Positions 1 to 11,232 of a DNA stretch of 64,000 nucleotides are shown here, piece by piece. Numbering within the stretch: the first letter of the stretch is position 1; each line of letters starts with the position of its first letter. The translations under genes were made by a program, and so were the position numbers. This DNA comes from Chiloscyllium plagiosum (lineage: Eukaryota), in assembly GCF_004010195.1 (NCBI RefSeq), contig NC_057713.1, forward strand, positions 81,073,164-81,137,163, in the 5' to 3' direction. Under the pieces are notes generated by a model. That model was not told the origin of the DNA and searched no databases. It worked only from the letters and a program-made list of their open reading frames with translations.

Positions 1-651
1 AATTTACACCATCAGGAAGAAAGGAAACACCCGAGTAGCCAGTGACAAGCAATGCCCTTCACATAAAAGGGCAATGCTGTGTGATCAAACAATAAAGAGG
101 AGGGCAGGGATCAAATCAAAATAGAGTTGGAGGGGGAAATAATACACTCCACTCCCTGCGGCGCCCACCTCCTGAACAACTCCAGGGTGTCGGTGTACAC
201 CGCATGCTCCTTTCCAGAGACACCCAGGCTCTAACGTAACCGCGGAAGAGGGGCAGGCAGTCGGCCCTAACGACCCCCTCCACGGCCCGCTGCCTGGACC
301 TGTTTATGGCCAGTTTGGCCAGGCCCAGGAGCAGACCCACGAGGAGGTCTTCAGACCTAGCCTCCCTCCTCTGTACCGGGTGCCCGAAGATCAGGAGCAT
401 GGGACTGAAGTGCAACCAAAAGCAGAGGAGGAGGTTTTTAAGAAAATCAAAAAGGGAGTGCAAACACCCATATCCAATATACACCTGGTCCATGGACTCC
501 ACAGCACCACAGAACAAGCAGTTGGGCTGGGAGTCCATGAACAACCGCAATCTGCAGTTGCAGGGGACCGCTGCATGCAGCACCCTCCACCCCAGATCCC
601 CAAGAGAAAGGGGGAGGACTCCCGCATAGAGAGCCCTCCGCTGGGGAGAAA
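1..651 (-). mobile_element. Tx1-clade non-LTR retrotransposon, 5'-truncated 3' portion (copy 1; 3' end runs out of the window)
   Basis: Minus-strand translation GDLGWRVLHAAVPCN...CLFCGAVESMDQVY...LLLGLAKLAINRSRQ resembles the zinc-finger C-terminus of Tx1/L1-clade ORF2. Near-identical to the next two copies. Confidence 0.85.
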
Positions 652-662
652 CTCATGTTTAT

Positions 663-1289
663 CTTTTTTTCTTTTTTCTCTTTTTTCTTTTTTTTTCATA
701 TTGTGAACTCTCCTCTTTTTTTAAAAAAAACTCCCACACTACCGCATAACTGCCCATAACTGCGGTAGTGCTTATTTATTTTCCCCAGCACCCATGGTGT
801 GTGTGTGTGTGCAGGTGTGAGACACAGAGAGAGACACAAGGTGCATGAATCTTTATTCAATTTCCACCACCAGGAAGATAGGAAAACACCCGAATGGCCA
901 GTGACAAGCAGTGTCCTTCACATCAAAGGGCGATGCTGTGTGATCAAAACAGTGAAGGGGAGGGTAGGGACTAAATCAAAATAGAGTTGGAGGGGGAAAT
1001 AATGCACTCCACTCCTTGCGGCGCCCACCTCTCCCTGAACAACTCCAGGGTGTTGGTGGACACCGCGTGCTCCTTCTCCAAGGACACCCGGGCTCTAACG
1101 TAGCCACGGAAGAGGGGCAGGCAGTCGGCCCTAACGACCCCCTCCACGGCCCGCTACGTGGAACTGTTGATGGCCCAGGAGCAGACCCACGAGGAGTTCT
1201 TCAGACCTGCCCTCCCTCCTCCGTACCAGGTGCCTGAAGATCAGGAGCGTGGGACTGAAGTGCATAGAGAGCCCTCCGCTGGAGAGAAA
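663..1289 (-). mobile_element. Tx1-type LINE 3' end, internally deleted (copy 2), with 3'UTR stem-loop and poly(A)
   Basis: Homologous to copy 1. T-rich tract at 663-722 is poly(A) on the minus strand. Bounded by CTC(A/C)TGTTTAT copies at 652-662 and 1290-1300. Confidence 0.85.
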
Positions 1290-1352
1290 CTCCTGTTTAT
1301 TTTTTTTTTTTTGGAAGAGGGGCAGGCAGTTGGCCCTAAATCTCCTGTTTAT

Positions 1353-1968
1353 TTTTTTTTTTTCCTTTTTTTTAGTGACACTTCCCTTTTTTTTAACTTT
1401 TTTACCTTTAACCCCCACACTACCACCTAAATGCGGTAGTGCTTATTTTATCCCCAGCACCCATGGTGTGTGTGTGCAGGTGTGAGACACAGTGAAAGAC
1501 ACAAAGTGCACCAATCTTTATTCAATTTCCACCACCAGGAATATAGGAAAACACCCGGGTGGCCAGTGACAAACACTGCCCTTCACATCAAAGGGCAGTG
1601 CTGTGTGATCAAAACAGTGAAGGGGAGGGTAGGGACTAAATCAAAATAGAATTGGAGGGAGAAATGATGCACTCCACTCCCTGCGGCGCCCACCTCTCCC
1701 TGAACAACTCCAGGGTGTTGGTCGACGCCGCGTGCTCCTTCTCCAAGGACACCCGGGCTCTAACGTAACCGCGGAAGAGGGGCAGGCAGTCGGCCCTAAC
1801 GACCCCCTCCATGGCCCGCTGCCTGGACCTGTTGATGGCCAGTTTGGCCAGGCCCAGGAGCAGACCCACGAGGAGGTCTTCAGACTTGCCCTCCCTCCTC
1901 CGTACCAGGTGCCTGAAGATCAGGAGCGTGGGACTGAAGTGCATAGAGAGCCCTCCGCTGGAGAGAAA
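1353..1968 (-). mobile_element. Tx1-type LINE 3' end, internally deleted (copy 3)
   Basis: ORF 1636-1944 (LLVGLLLGLAKLAINRSRQ...LFRGYVRARVSLE...WAPQGVEC). T-rich tail from 1353. Bounded by CTCCTGTTTAT at 1342-1352 and 1969-1979. Confidence 0.85.
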
Positions 1969-2081
1969 CTCCTGTTTATATCTGTCAGCCAGGACTCACT
2001 GATTGGCACAGGTTAACAGCCCCAATCAAGGATCTCTTACTTCATTGGAACCACCTGGCTAATCTCGTTCCAAACATTACA
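1969..2081 (-). mobile_element. 5' part of an LTR (U3 with CCAAT boxes and TATA), interrupted by the Tx1 array
   Basis: Minus strand reads TGTAA...GATTGG...CCAATCAG...GATATAAACAGGAG: a TG start, two CCAAT boxes in opposite orientation, then TATA. Confidence 0.6.
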
Positions 2082-2564
2082 GGTACCTTCCACACTACAT
2101 CACATGAAGATGCTGATCACAGGACAGCAACAGTAACCATAGCTATCATTAGCTTTCTAACCTGTTGTTTTGGTACCTCAAGCTGTTTTAGACCAGCGGT
2201 CAACCAGAATATCTTATGCTTTCAAAAAATGAAATTCAATAATATGACATGGAAGCTAATGCAAATATTAATCAGTTTTCTGTTGATTTTTATTTAGCAC
2301 AAACGCACTTTTGTGTTGAACAACATTCACTCCAGTTACTCCAATTTACACTTTCCTTGAAGTTCCAGATTGTGTAACAGTCCATTTTGGTTTTGCTTTA
2401 CCCCGAGAATCTATGAATTTTCTAAACTCAGAGTTAGCATCACCTTATCGTTACCCAATTTATGCCATTCTCGCTCTCTATTCTGCATTCTATAAAATGT
2501 CATATATCATGGGGTCTTTGACTTCCACCAAGATGTCCAATTTAGTGAAGATGAATGGAGGTAA

Positions 2565-2920
2565 TATAAGACCATAAAATATCGGAACAGAACTTGGCCA
2601 TTTGGCTGATCAAGTCTGCTCCGCCATTCAGTCAAGACTGATATGTTTTACAACTCAATTTTTCTGCCCTCTCCCCAATCCTTGATATTCCTGAAGAAGG
2701 GTTCATGCCCAAAACGTCGATTCTCCTGTTCCTTGGATGCTGCCTGACCTGCTGTGCTTTTCCAGCAACACATTTTCAGCTATTCCTCATCTCAGTTCAC
2801 TCTGAGGCTGTGCCCCCAGGTCTTAGTCTCTCCGACAAGTGGGAACATCTTCTCGACATCCACTTTATCTGGGTCTCTCAGCATTCTCTAAGTTTCAACC
2901 AGGTCCCCACTTATTCTTCT
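2565..2920 (-). mobile_element. CR1 LINE 3' end fragment, interrupted by a PLE pLTR
   Basis: Typical shark CR1 3' terminus (ataagaccataaaatatcggaacagaacttggccatttggc...) shared with other copies in the window. Confidence 0.65.
2687..2781 (+). mobile_element. Penelope pLTR fragment (family A) with a mutated hammerhead
   Basis: CTGAAGA-AGGGTTCATGCCC-AAAACGTC (GAAA>AAAA) followed by the family A pLTR, ending at ...ttttcagc. Confidence 0.8.
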
Positions 2921-2921
2921 A

Positions 2922-3198
2922 AGCAACTGTCTGTGTGGAATTTGCATATTCTCCCCGTGTCTGCGCGGCTTTCCTCTGAGTGCTTCGGTTTCCTCCCACA
3001 GTCCAAAGATGTGCAGGTTAGGTGAACTGGCCATGCTAGATTGCCCTTAGTGTTCAAGGATGTGTAGGGTAGGTGCATTAGTCAGGGGTAACTGTAGAGT
3101 AATGGGGAATGGGTTTGGGTGGGATACTTTTCAGAGGGTCAGCGTGGACTTGTTGGGCCAAAGAGCCTGTTTTCACACTGTAGGGACTCTACGATTCA
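2922..3198 (+). mobile_element. HE1-type V-SINE, 5'-truncated
   Basis: V-domain ctgtgtggaatttgcatattctccccgtgtctgcg...tttcctcccacagtccaaagatgtgcaggttagg and a CR1-like tail. Confidence 0.85.
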
Positions 3199-4013
3199 AT
3201 ATTTTACAATGTCATGTGTTTATTGATAATGTTATGGATTGCTGTGTGCGATTTGTTACGGTTGTCAAAATGTGAGCTGAGTTTTCAAAGCAGGTTGTTG
3301 GAAATGGACTGGCCTGGAGTCTTTGAATGTGGAATAGAGTAGAAACTTGATAAAAAGGTTTAGTTTTCAGCTTTATAGTTATGGAGCACAGTCTATGAAA
3401 AGACTTTAGTGAAGAGTTGAGTAATTGTTATAAGGTTGAGTTAACTTACCTGGTATCCTGGTTTGTTTTTACGTGTCTGGGCAAAATAAAAAAAAGGCAA
3501 AGCATATCAGTGCTTTTATCATCCCAATTTTAACTCAAACAGGTTAATTCTTTTTGGAAAAAGAGTGCTTCTCCATGCCCAAACAAGAAATTCAGGGCTT
3601 TTATTGCCACAATCTAATCCTTACTTTCTAACTATGGTGGTCCCTGCGATGCAGCCTTGTAACTGATATTGTAGAATTACTTGCAGGCTGCGTGGCCTCT
3701 GGATCACGCATTTAACTGTGGTGTCTTTTCCCACCTGATCATCAAATAAAATTTAAATAATTTTCTGCAATTTAAAATACCCTGGGCTGCTATCTCTCCT
3801 GCACAGAATGAATACATGAACTGATGTCAAACTTCAATCATCAATCTTTAAAACTGGGAGCTGTGCTCAGTGCCCACCCACCCACTTGCTGAGCTATTAC
3901 TGGTGGCAGGTGTTGAATTAGATAGCCATCTCAAATGTGGTCAGTTACGGTTTGAACAATCTCATTACATCATCCTCTGTAACTCTATATGCAATTGATT
4001 AGGTCAATACTAA

Positions 4014-5210
4014 GTGAAAGTGAGGACTACTGCTGCTGGAGAACAGAGACGAGACGTGTGGTGCTAGAAAAGCACAGCAGGTCAGGCAGCATCCAAGGAG
4101 CAGGAGAATCAATGTTTCGGCCACATGGAGGGGGAGGGGGGTTGAGAGATAAATAGCAGGGTGAGAGTAGGACTGGGGGGAAGGTAGTTGGGAAGGTGAT
4201 AGGTAGATGGAGGTGAAGGCTGATGGTGATAGGTCAGAGGGGAGGGTAGAGCGGATTGGTGGGATGGAACTTTACTTGACAATCAGGTGGGAAATGACAC
4301 TACAGTTATATGCGTGTTCCAGAGGCCACAAGGCCTGCAAGTAATTCTACAATTATCGGCTACAGGGCTGCATTGCAAAGACCTCCATAGTGGGAAGGAA
4401 GATGGACAGGTAGGACAGGTCAAGAGAGTGGTGCTGAGTTGGAGGGATGGATCTGGGATGAGCTTGGGAGAGAGAAGATGAGGAAACTGGTGAAATCAAC
4501 ATTGATGCCATGTTGTTGGAGGGTCCCAAGGTGGAAGATGAGGCATTCTTCTTTCAGGTGTCGGGTGGCTTGGATTTGGCAGTAGAGGAGGCCCAGGACT
4601 TGCAAGTCATTGGCGGAATGGCAAAGGGAGTTGAAGTGGTTGGCCACAGGGCGGCAGGGTTGTTTGGTGTCCCAGAGATGTTCCCTGAAAAGTTCGGCAA
4701 GTTGGAGTCCTATCTCCCCAATGTACAGGAGACCACATTGAGAGCAACAGACACAGTAGATGAGGTGTTTGGGTGTACAGGAAAATCTCTGCTGGATGTG
4801 GAAGGATCCTTTGGGGCCTTTGGCAGAGGTGAGGGGGAAGGTGTGGACGCAGGTTTTACACCTCTTCGAACAGCAAGAGAAGGTGCTGGGTGTGGAGGGT
4901 AGGTTGGTCGAGTGCATGGACCTAACGAGGGATTCGCAGTGGGAATGGTCTCTGCAGAAATGCTGATAGGAGTGGGGAGGGAAATATATCTCTGGTGATG
5001 GTGTTTGATTGTAGGTGGCAAAAATGGCGGAGGATAATGTGTTGTATCCAGAGATTAGTCAAGTGCAAGGTGAGGACCAGGGGGAATTCTATCATTGTTG
5101 TGGTTGGTGGGGTGGGGTTCAAGGGTGAAGGGGCGCGTGAAGTGGAGGAGATGTGCTGGATGACATTGTTGACCACGTGGGAGGGGATATTGCAGTCCTT
5201 GAAACCAAGT
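4014..5210 (-). mobile_element. Penelope-like element 3' portion (RT C-terminus, GIY-YIG endonuclease, family A pLTR)
   Basis: ORF 4420-4917 has HLIYCVCCSQCGLLYIGE...FREHL...PVANHFN...EECLIFHLGTLQQHGIN (GIY-YIG). The family A pLTR and tail lie at 4014-4120. Confidence 0.92.
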
Positions 5211-5799
5211 GTCCAGCTTACCCAGTGAAAACTGGGGATCAGATATCATGAGGACAAGGATGAAGGCATCCTCGAACCCTCAGAGGCACTGCAAAGATAC
5301 AGTTCCATCCACACTCCCTCCCCTCCCTCAGCTCCCACTCTACTCTCCCCCCATCCCTCAATCTGCACACTCCCAAAATCTATCTTCTTCTGTACTCTAT
5401 GGGAAAGACCCAGCAGTGGTCTCTGCCCCTCAGCAGCTCTGTTGAAAAAAAGGGAACTGCTGTCCATTTGATTATCCAACAACTCTTGGAGGAGGGACCT
5501 CCTGCTAGACTGGGGTGAAGTTCCAACTCAAGTCAATTAACAGCCGTATGCCAAATGTCACACTCAGGCATGGTAGGGACCTGATCCCAGGAAACCCTTA
5601 CCCACGAAATGTAATGTTTCACTTTTATGTTTGAGAACAGGTTCATCCTGAGATCCAAATCATCCACCGCTAGTCACTTTCTTTATCTTTACTAGGCCCT
5701 CCTACATTTCACTGAACTCATGATCATTAAACATAGATGTTGGCCACTCAACCCCTCAAGCCTGTTCCATAATTCAGTAAGACTATAGCTGATCTGAGA

Positions 5800-6290
5800 G
5801 TGGATGCTTGCCTCTCTCTGTTCACAAAGACAGCCACTGGCAATGCCAAGATTTACTGCCCATTACAACTGCCCAAGATCATGGTCACGAGTTTACTCTT
5901 TGAACCACTGAAACCATACACCCTCAATGCTTTGCAGGAGGGAACTTCAGGATGTTTACTCAACGACAGTGAAGGAACAGCAATGTATTTCCAACTTATG
6001 ATGATGTATGATGTGACAAAGAACTTCTTAATGGCATTGTTCCATTCATGGGATGAGGGCATCATTGTCTGGGGCAGTATGTATTGCCCATCCCAAATTA
6101 CCCTGGAAAGGTACACCACAATGTTGTTAAGGGGGGGAATTCCAGGATGTTGACCCAGTGACACTGAAGGAATGGCAATGTAGCTCCAAGTCAGGATGTT
6201 GAGTGGCTTGGAGGGAACTTGCAGGTGGTGGTGTTCCTACCTTTGTCCTTCTAGTTGACCTGATCATGGATTTGGAAGGATTAAACATCT
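5800..6290. mobile_element. Rearranged fragments of a second CR1/L2-superfamily LINE 3' region
   Basis: Motifs gggaattccaggat..tgacccagtgacactgaaggaatggcaatg..ccaagtcaggatg and tattgcccatccc, repeated elsewhere in the window. Confidence 0.6.
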
Positions 6291-6879
6291 GTGAATGCAA
6301 TTGATTAGAATTATGTGCTCTGTACAATTCTGGAGAATCACTCCATTGTTTCTGGGAGTCATTAAGAAATTTCATGCATCTTTAATTTGTAAGGTTTAAT
6401 TTTTCTCTCTTGAGAGATGCAGAGAGTGGAGGAAGGAGTCTATAACAGAGAAGAATCTACATGGTTCATCAATCTTGCTTCCTCCTCAGGATAAAAGATC
6501 TTTTCCTGTTCCAGATATTCTTTTTAACAATTATTTTGATAGATGCTTATTGTTCAAAAGAAGTTGTAAAAAATACAGCAGAATTTTTAAAGCTTGTAAG
6601 TCTGTAGTTAATTAGAAAAATGTTTGTGAGCTTTTAATGTGATTTTGTTGTAAATATGGTCTTCAGAAAATACTAAAATGTTGCCAAAGTTACAAAATAA
6701 CAAGCAGCAATTGTTACTGAAAAGCATATTTTGAATGTTCACACAAAATGTTTTATTGTCATGTGTCAGCAAAGTTCTTTGTGAACAATAAACAAAGAAT
6801 TCAACTGTGGCTCACACTGTGGTCCTATGCTTTGGAACTATGTATAGAAGTCCCAAGACCTAATTTTGACATAGATATA

Positions 6880-7095
6880 CTGTTAGTTCTGTTTTAAAAT
6901 GCATTTCATCAACACAAATTTGCTGTAGCACAATTGACAAATTGGGGACACTGTTTCAAAAGCACATACTTTTAAAACATGTGTTGGCTGTAATGCGATT
7001 ACACCGTCAACACTTTAAACGCTGTTTCTAAAATTGATTTTTCTATAACACGGGGTTATAAGAACACAACCATTGCATTATAAAAGATCTGACTG
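6880..7095. mobile_element. Tigger/pogo-like MITE
   Basis: Degenerate TIRs (ctgttagttctgttttaa / ttataaaagatctgactg) flanked by TA on both sides. Confidence 0.5.
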
Positions 7096-7104
7096 TATAG
7101 GTAT

Positions 7105-7960
7105 ACAGTTTAGGAGCAGCAGTAAGTCACGTAATCTCTTGAGCCTGTTTTGCTATTCAGAGACCACAACTGATCTGATTCCCACATTCCCAACAACTCC
7201 TGCTTATCAAAAATCTATCTCCCTCTGAATCTGAAGGATTCAAAGACTCTGCTTCCATTCCCACTGACTTTTGAAGAAGAGTGTTCTGAAAATTTATGAT
7301 CCTCTGTGAGAAAAGGTTTCTCTTTATATCTGCAGTAAATAGGTGACTTTTTAGTTTTAAATTGTGGGCTCTTATTTCTGGATCCTTCCAGAAGAGGAAC
7401 ATCCTTTTCATATCCACCTAGTCAAAACCTCTTATATGTTTCATCAAATCCTGCTTTGTGACATAAATTGGTAATGGTTAGGAAGCAGGAGGCAGAGTGC
7501 CAAGATAAAGAAATTTCTCTCTGATTTGCAGATTGTGACTTTTGGTGTCCTCCCTGTGATCTATACTGAGATTTTGTCACGTACATTAATGAAGGCTATG
7601 TGCCCATGTTTATGGGTGACACTTGGGCAAGGAATAAGTTATAAAGGGAAATTGACTAACTGAATGAGCAAAACTGTGATAGATGAGGGAAGTGTTTGGT
7701 CATGTCTTAGAATTTGAAATAAAAATCAGAATATTTTATTGAATTAAAGGAACTACAGAGACACAAAAGAGATTTAGATGTCTATATACTTAAATCATGA
7801 TCTGAAAGATAATTGGCAGGACTAATGGAATGTTGGCCTTTATTTCAAGGAAGGTAGAAAATAAAAGTGAGGGAGTGCTGCATTATTTATACAGGGCCTT
7901 GCTCAGACACCCTCCATAGAACTATGTTTATTTTAGGGCACCACTTACTGGAAAGATGAA
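7105..7960. mobile_element. CR1 LINE fragments (minus 3' end ~7105-7450, then plus-strand RT region)
   Basis: ORF 7157-7417 (RAHNLKLK...KRNLFSQRIINFQNTLLQ) is CR1 ORF2 C-terminus-like. Confidence 0.65.
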
Positions 7961-8769
7961 CTGTAGGTAAGTACTTACGGATTATTTTTATTAATTTTGA
8001 ACATTTGATGTTTTGGGCACAATTTTGCAAAACACGATACAATTAATCTGGATTCCGGCCAACTGTCTGACTGTATCCTCTTTATTTGTGCCTTTATAAT
8101 GGGAGGATTTATATAGGTGACACGGCAAATTGAGAGTCAGTTGAATTTTTACCCTAATTCAGCTGCATGCAACATAAAGCTGGAGTATTACTGACTGATT
8201 CAGCTCAAATGCTCAGAGCAACTGTGTTGGGTGAATTGTTACACACACAGGTACCATAGATTCCCTAAACCTCTGAATACTCCTGCGTAATTTTAATATA
8301 AATCCGTTCCAGATAAGTACAATAAAAGCAACAACTCTTGTTCAAATTAATTACATCTTGAGGTTTTTTGTTTTGCGCCTAGTAATACAGTAATCTTCTG
8401 ATATTTTTTGACACTTGTGATTTAGATTAGCTCTTACAAGGTACGCTTTTGATTTGATTTTTATTTTCTTTTGTTGTCCTAATGACTTTCATTGCCTTAT
8501 CCCAGTTGGACATTGTTTCCTTCCCTGACTTAAAATTAGTAGTTGCAATGAAAATATGAAAATATTCATATTTTCAATTTTAAAAATAGTCAGTGGAAAG
8601 GATCCTTATGAAACAGGACCTGCAGGATCTTTGTGGCATAATAATAGGAAAGTTGAGTTGAGGATGATGATCATCCATGATCTCATTGAATACAGAGCAG
8701 ACTCAATGAACCAAAGAGCCTACTTCTGCTTCTACATCTTAAGATCTTATTGTCTATTAATCTAGCACA

Positions 8770-9800
8770 TCTTCTCTGAAATGTTTCTAATGCACTTACA
8801 TCCTTTTAACAAGGACACTAATATTATACACGGAATACTGTAGGTATAGTTTCTCATACCCTGTTTAATTGAAGCTTAACCTTTCTGTCTCTATTGTGTT
8901 CAACTGCCCTCTAATTAAATGGTAACATCCTATTGGTTTTCTTGATTATTTGCCTTACCTGCATATTAATATCTTTGCGGTTTGTGTGCTTAAAATTCTA
9001 AAATTGACACCCAAACTCCTTTGCATGATAGGGTTCTGCAATTTATCACCATTTAGATTCTTTTTTATTCTTCTTACCAGTCAACAAATTCACATTTTCC
9101 CATATGATACTATGTCCTAATTTCCACATCTCTGTCCACTCAAACTGTCCATATTCCTTTGCTGCCTCCTTGTGTCCTCATCACAACTTACTTTGCTACT
9201 TCTCTTTATGTCATAAGAAAAATTAGCAAGCCTACCTTAATTCAAGTCATTTTTATAAGTTGAGGCCTCAGAAATGATTTCTATGGTACTACACTCTTTA
9301 CATTTTGCCAACCAGGAAAAGACCATTTTATGCCTAGTCTCTGCTTCCTGTTAGATAGCCAATCAGGTATCCATGCTAATATGTTCTCTTTTATTCTATG
9401 ATTTTATATTTTCTGCAATAACTTTTGATATAACATTGTATCAAAAGCCACTGCTTTCCCATTATCACCAAAAGATATTACTTCTTCAAAGAACTCTAAT
9501 AAATTGCTTAAACAAAATTTCCCTTTCACAAAACCATGCTGACTGATCTGATTCCCTTGAATTTTTCTAACTTCCCTGCTGTAACATTTTTGATATCTTC
9601 TAATATGTTCCTTATTTCAGATGTCAGGCTGACTGGCCTTAGTTTCTTGTATTTTGCCACATTCCCATTTTGAATGAAGCAGTTACATTTGCTACTTTCC
9701 AATCCAATGGAAACTTCCTAAATCTTTGGAATTCTGGAAAATTCATCAACTAGCCCACTGGTCCTTTTTCTTATGATCTGAGGATAATGATCTCCAACAC
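8770..9800 (-). mobile_element. Old CR1 LINE RT-region fragment
   Basis: Degenerate matches to CR1 RT segments seen in 48147-50250 (ccctttcacaaaaccatgctgact; gatgtcaggctgactggcct). Confidence 0.6.
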
Positions 9801-10510
9801 ATGGATCATGACTGATTGGTCATGCGTGTGTCGATCATCACAGTCACAAGGATGGACAAAATTTCACACTTTTTACAGGCTTTTCCAGTTTGATGCATCA
9901 TATTTCAGATTGTTCCAGATGGACTATCATTGCAGGGTAAGGCAAGTTTATGGTGACAATGCAAGACAATGAATAAGAAATATACTAAGAACTGATATGT
10001 GAAGCCAGTATAGTACAATACTAGGAAGAAAGGAGGCTGTTTAACCCCATGTCCACGTGGACTTTCTGCTCAGCAAGTCCCCTTCCTCTGCTTATTCTCT
10101 GCAGTTTGTTTCTACAGCTGCTAGTCTAATAGATTTGTACAGATTGCTGAAATATTAAAGGGAACACTGCCACACCCAGTAACCAATTTCCAAGCAAAGC
10201 AAGCTGACCCGGAGCCCCGGAACCCTTTTGCAACCACAGAAGTGATCTCCTGTGCCTATGCACTTGAAAGCAGCCAATAACATTCCAGATATTGCAGAGT
10301 TGCAGATCCCCAGAAGCCAGCTGGCAGTACGATCAGTGACAGGTTGATATCACCAACCACAAAGGTAAAGCAATAGGGATGAGCAATAAACCCCTGGTCC
10401 ATCTGAAAAGAAACCAATAATGTACAACTTCCAAACAGAATGGAATATGAAATTCTGTTCACAACTGTGAAAGATCAGAGTGTTTGTCTTAAATGTCACT
10501 AAAGTATATT

Positions 10511-11232
10511 CAAAATTGTTGTGAAAATCTGTAGTTCAGGAGCTGGTTGGATTCATTATGGATCTGTTTACCGAGCTGGTAGGTTTGTTGGCAGACATTT
10601 CGTCCCCTTCTTAGGTGACATCATCTGTGCTGTATTGCCTCCTGTGAAGCACTGCTGTACTGTTCAGCTATGAGTTTATGTGGTTCTGTTTGAGCAATTT
10701 CTGGTTAGTGCCGGTTCCAGTTTTTCCATTGCAGCAGTTTGTATATCAATCCAGGTCAATTTGTTGATGGAGTCTGAGGAGGAGTGCTGTGTTTCCAGGA
10801 ATTCCCTTTGTTTGGCCTGTCCTAGTATCATTGTGTTGTCCCAGTCAAACTCGTGGTTCTTGTTGTCCGTATGTACGGATACCAGGGAGAGTCAGTTGTG
10901 TCATTTAGTTGTTATTTGGTGTTCATGGATGTGGGTCACGAGCTGTCTGCCTGTTTGTCCTTCATAGTGTTTAGTGCAGTCCCTGTAGGGGATTTTATAA
11001 ATTACATTCGTCTTGCACGTAGTGCGTATCGGTCCTTTATTCCCGTGAGACACTGTCTGAGTGTGGCTGTCGGTTTGCATGCTGTCAAGATCCCTAGTGG
11101 TTGGAGCAGGCTAGTTGTCAGTTCTGAACTGTTTTTAATGTATGAGAGAGTAGCCAGTGCATTGGGGCGTGTCTTGGCTTCTAGGTGTTACTTGTCCACC
11201 AGGCACCTGCGGACAAAGCTGTGTGGGTCTCC
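10511..11232 (-). mobile_element. Penelope-like element (family C) 3' portion with pLTR; 16-bp TSD
   Basis: GIY-YIG-like minus-strand sequence homologous to 44375-44875. Degenerate hammerhead at 10591-10630. TSD gtc(a/c)ctaaagtatatt at 10495-10510 and 11233-11248. Confidence 0.85.
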
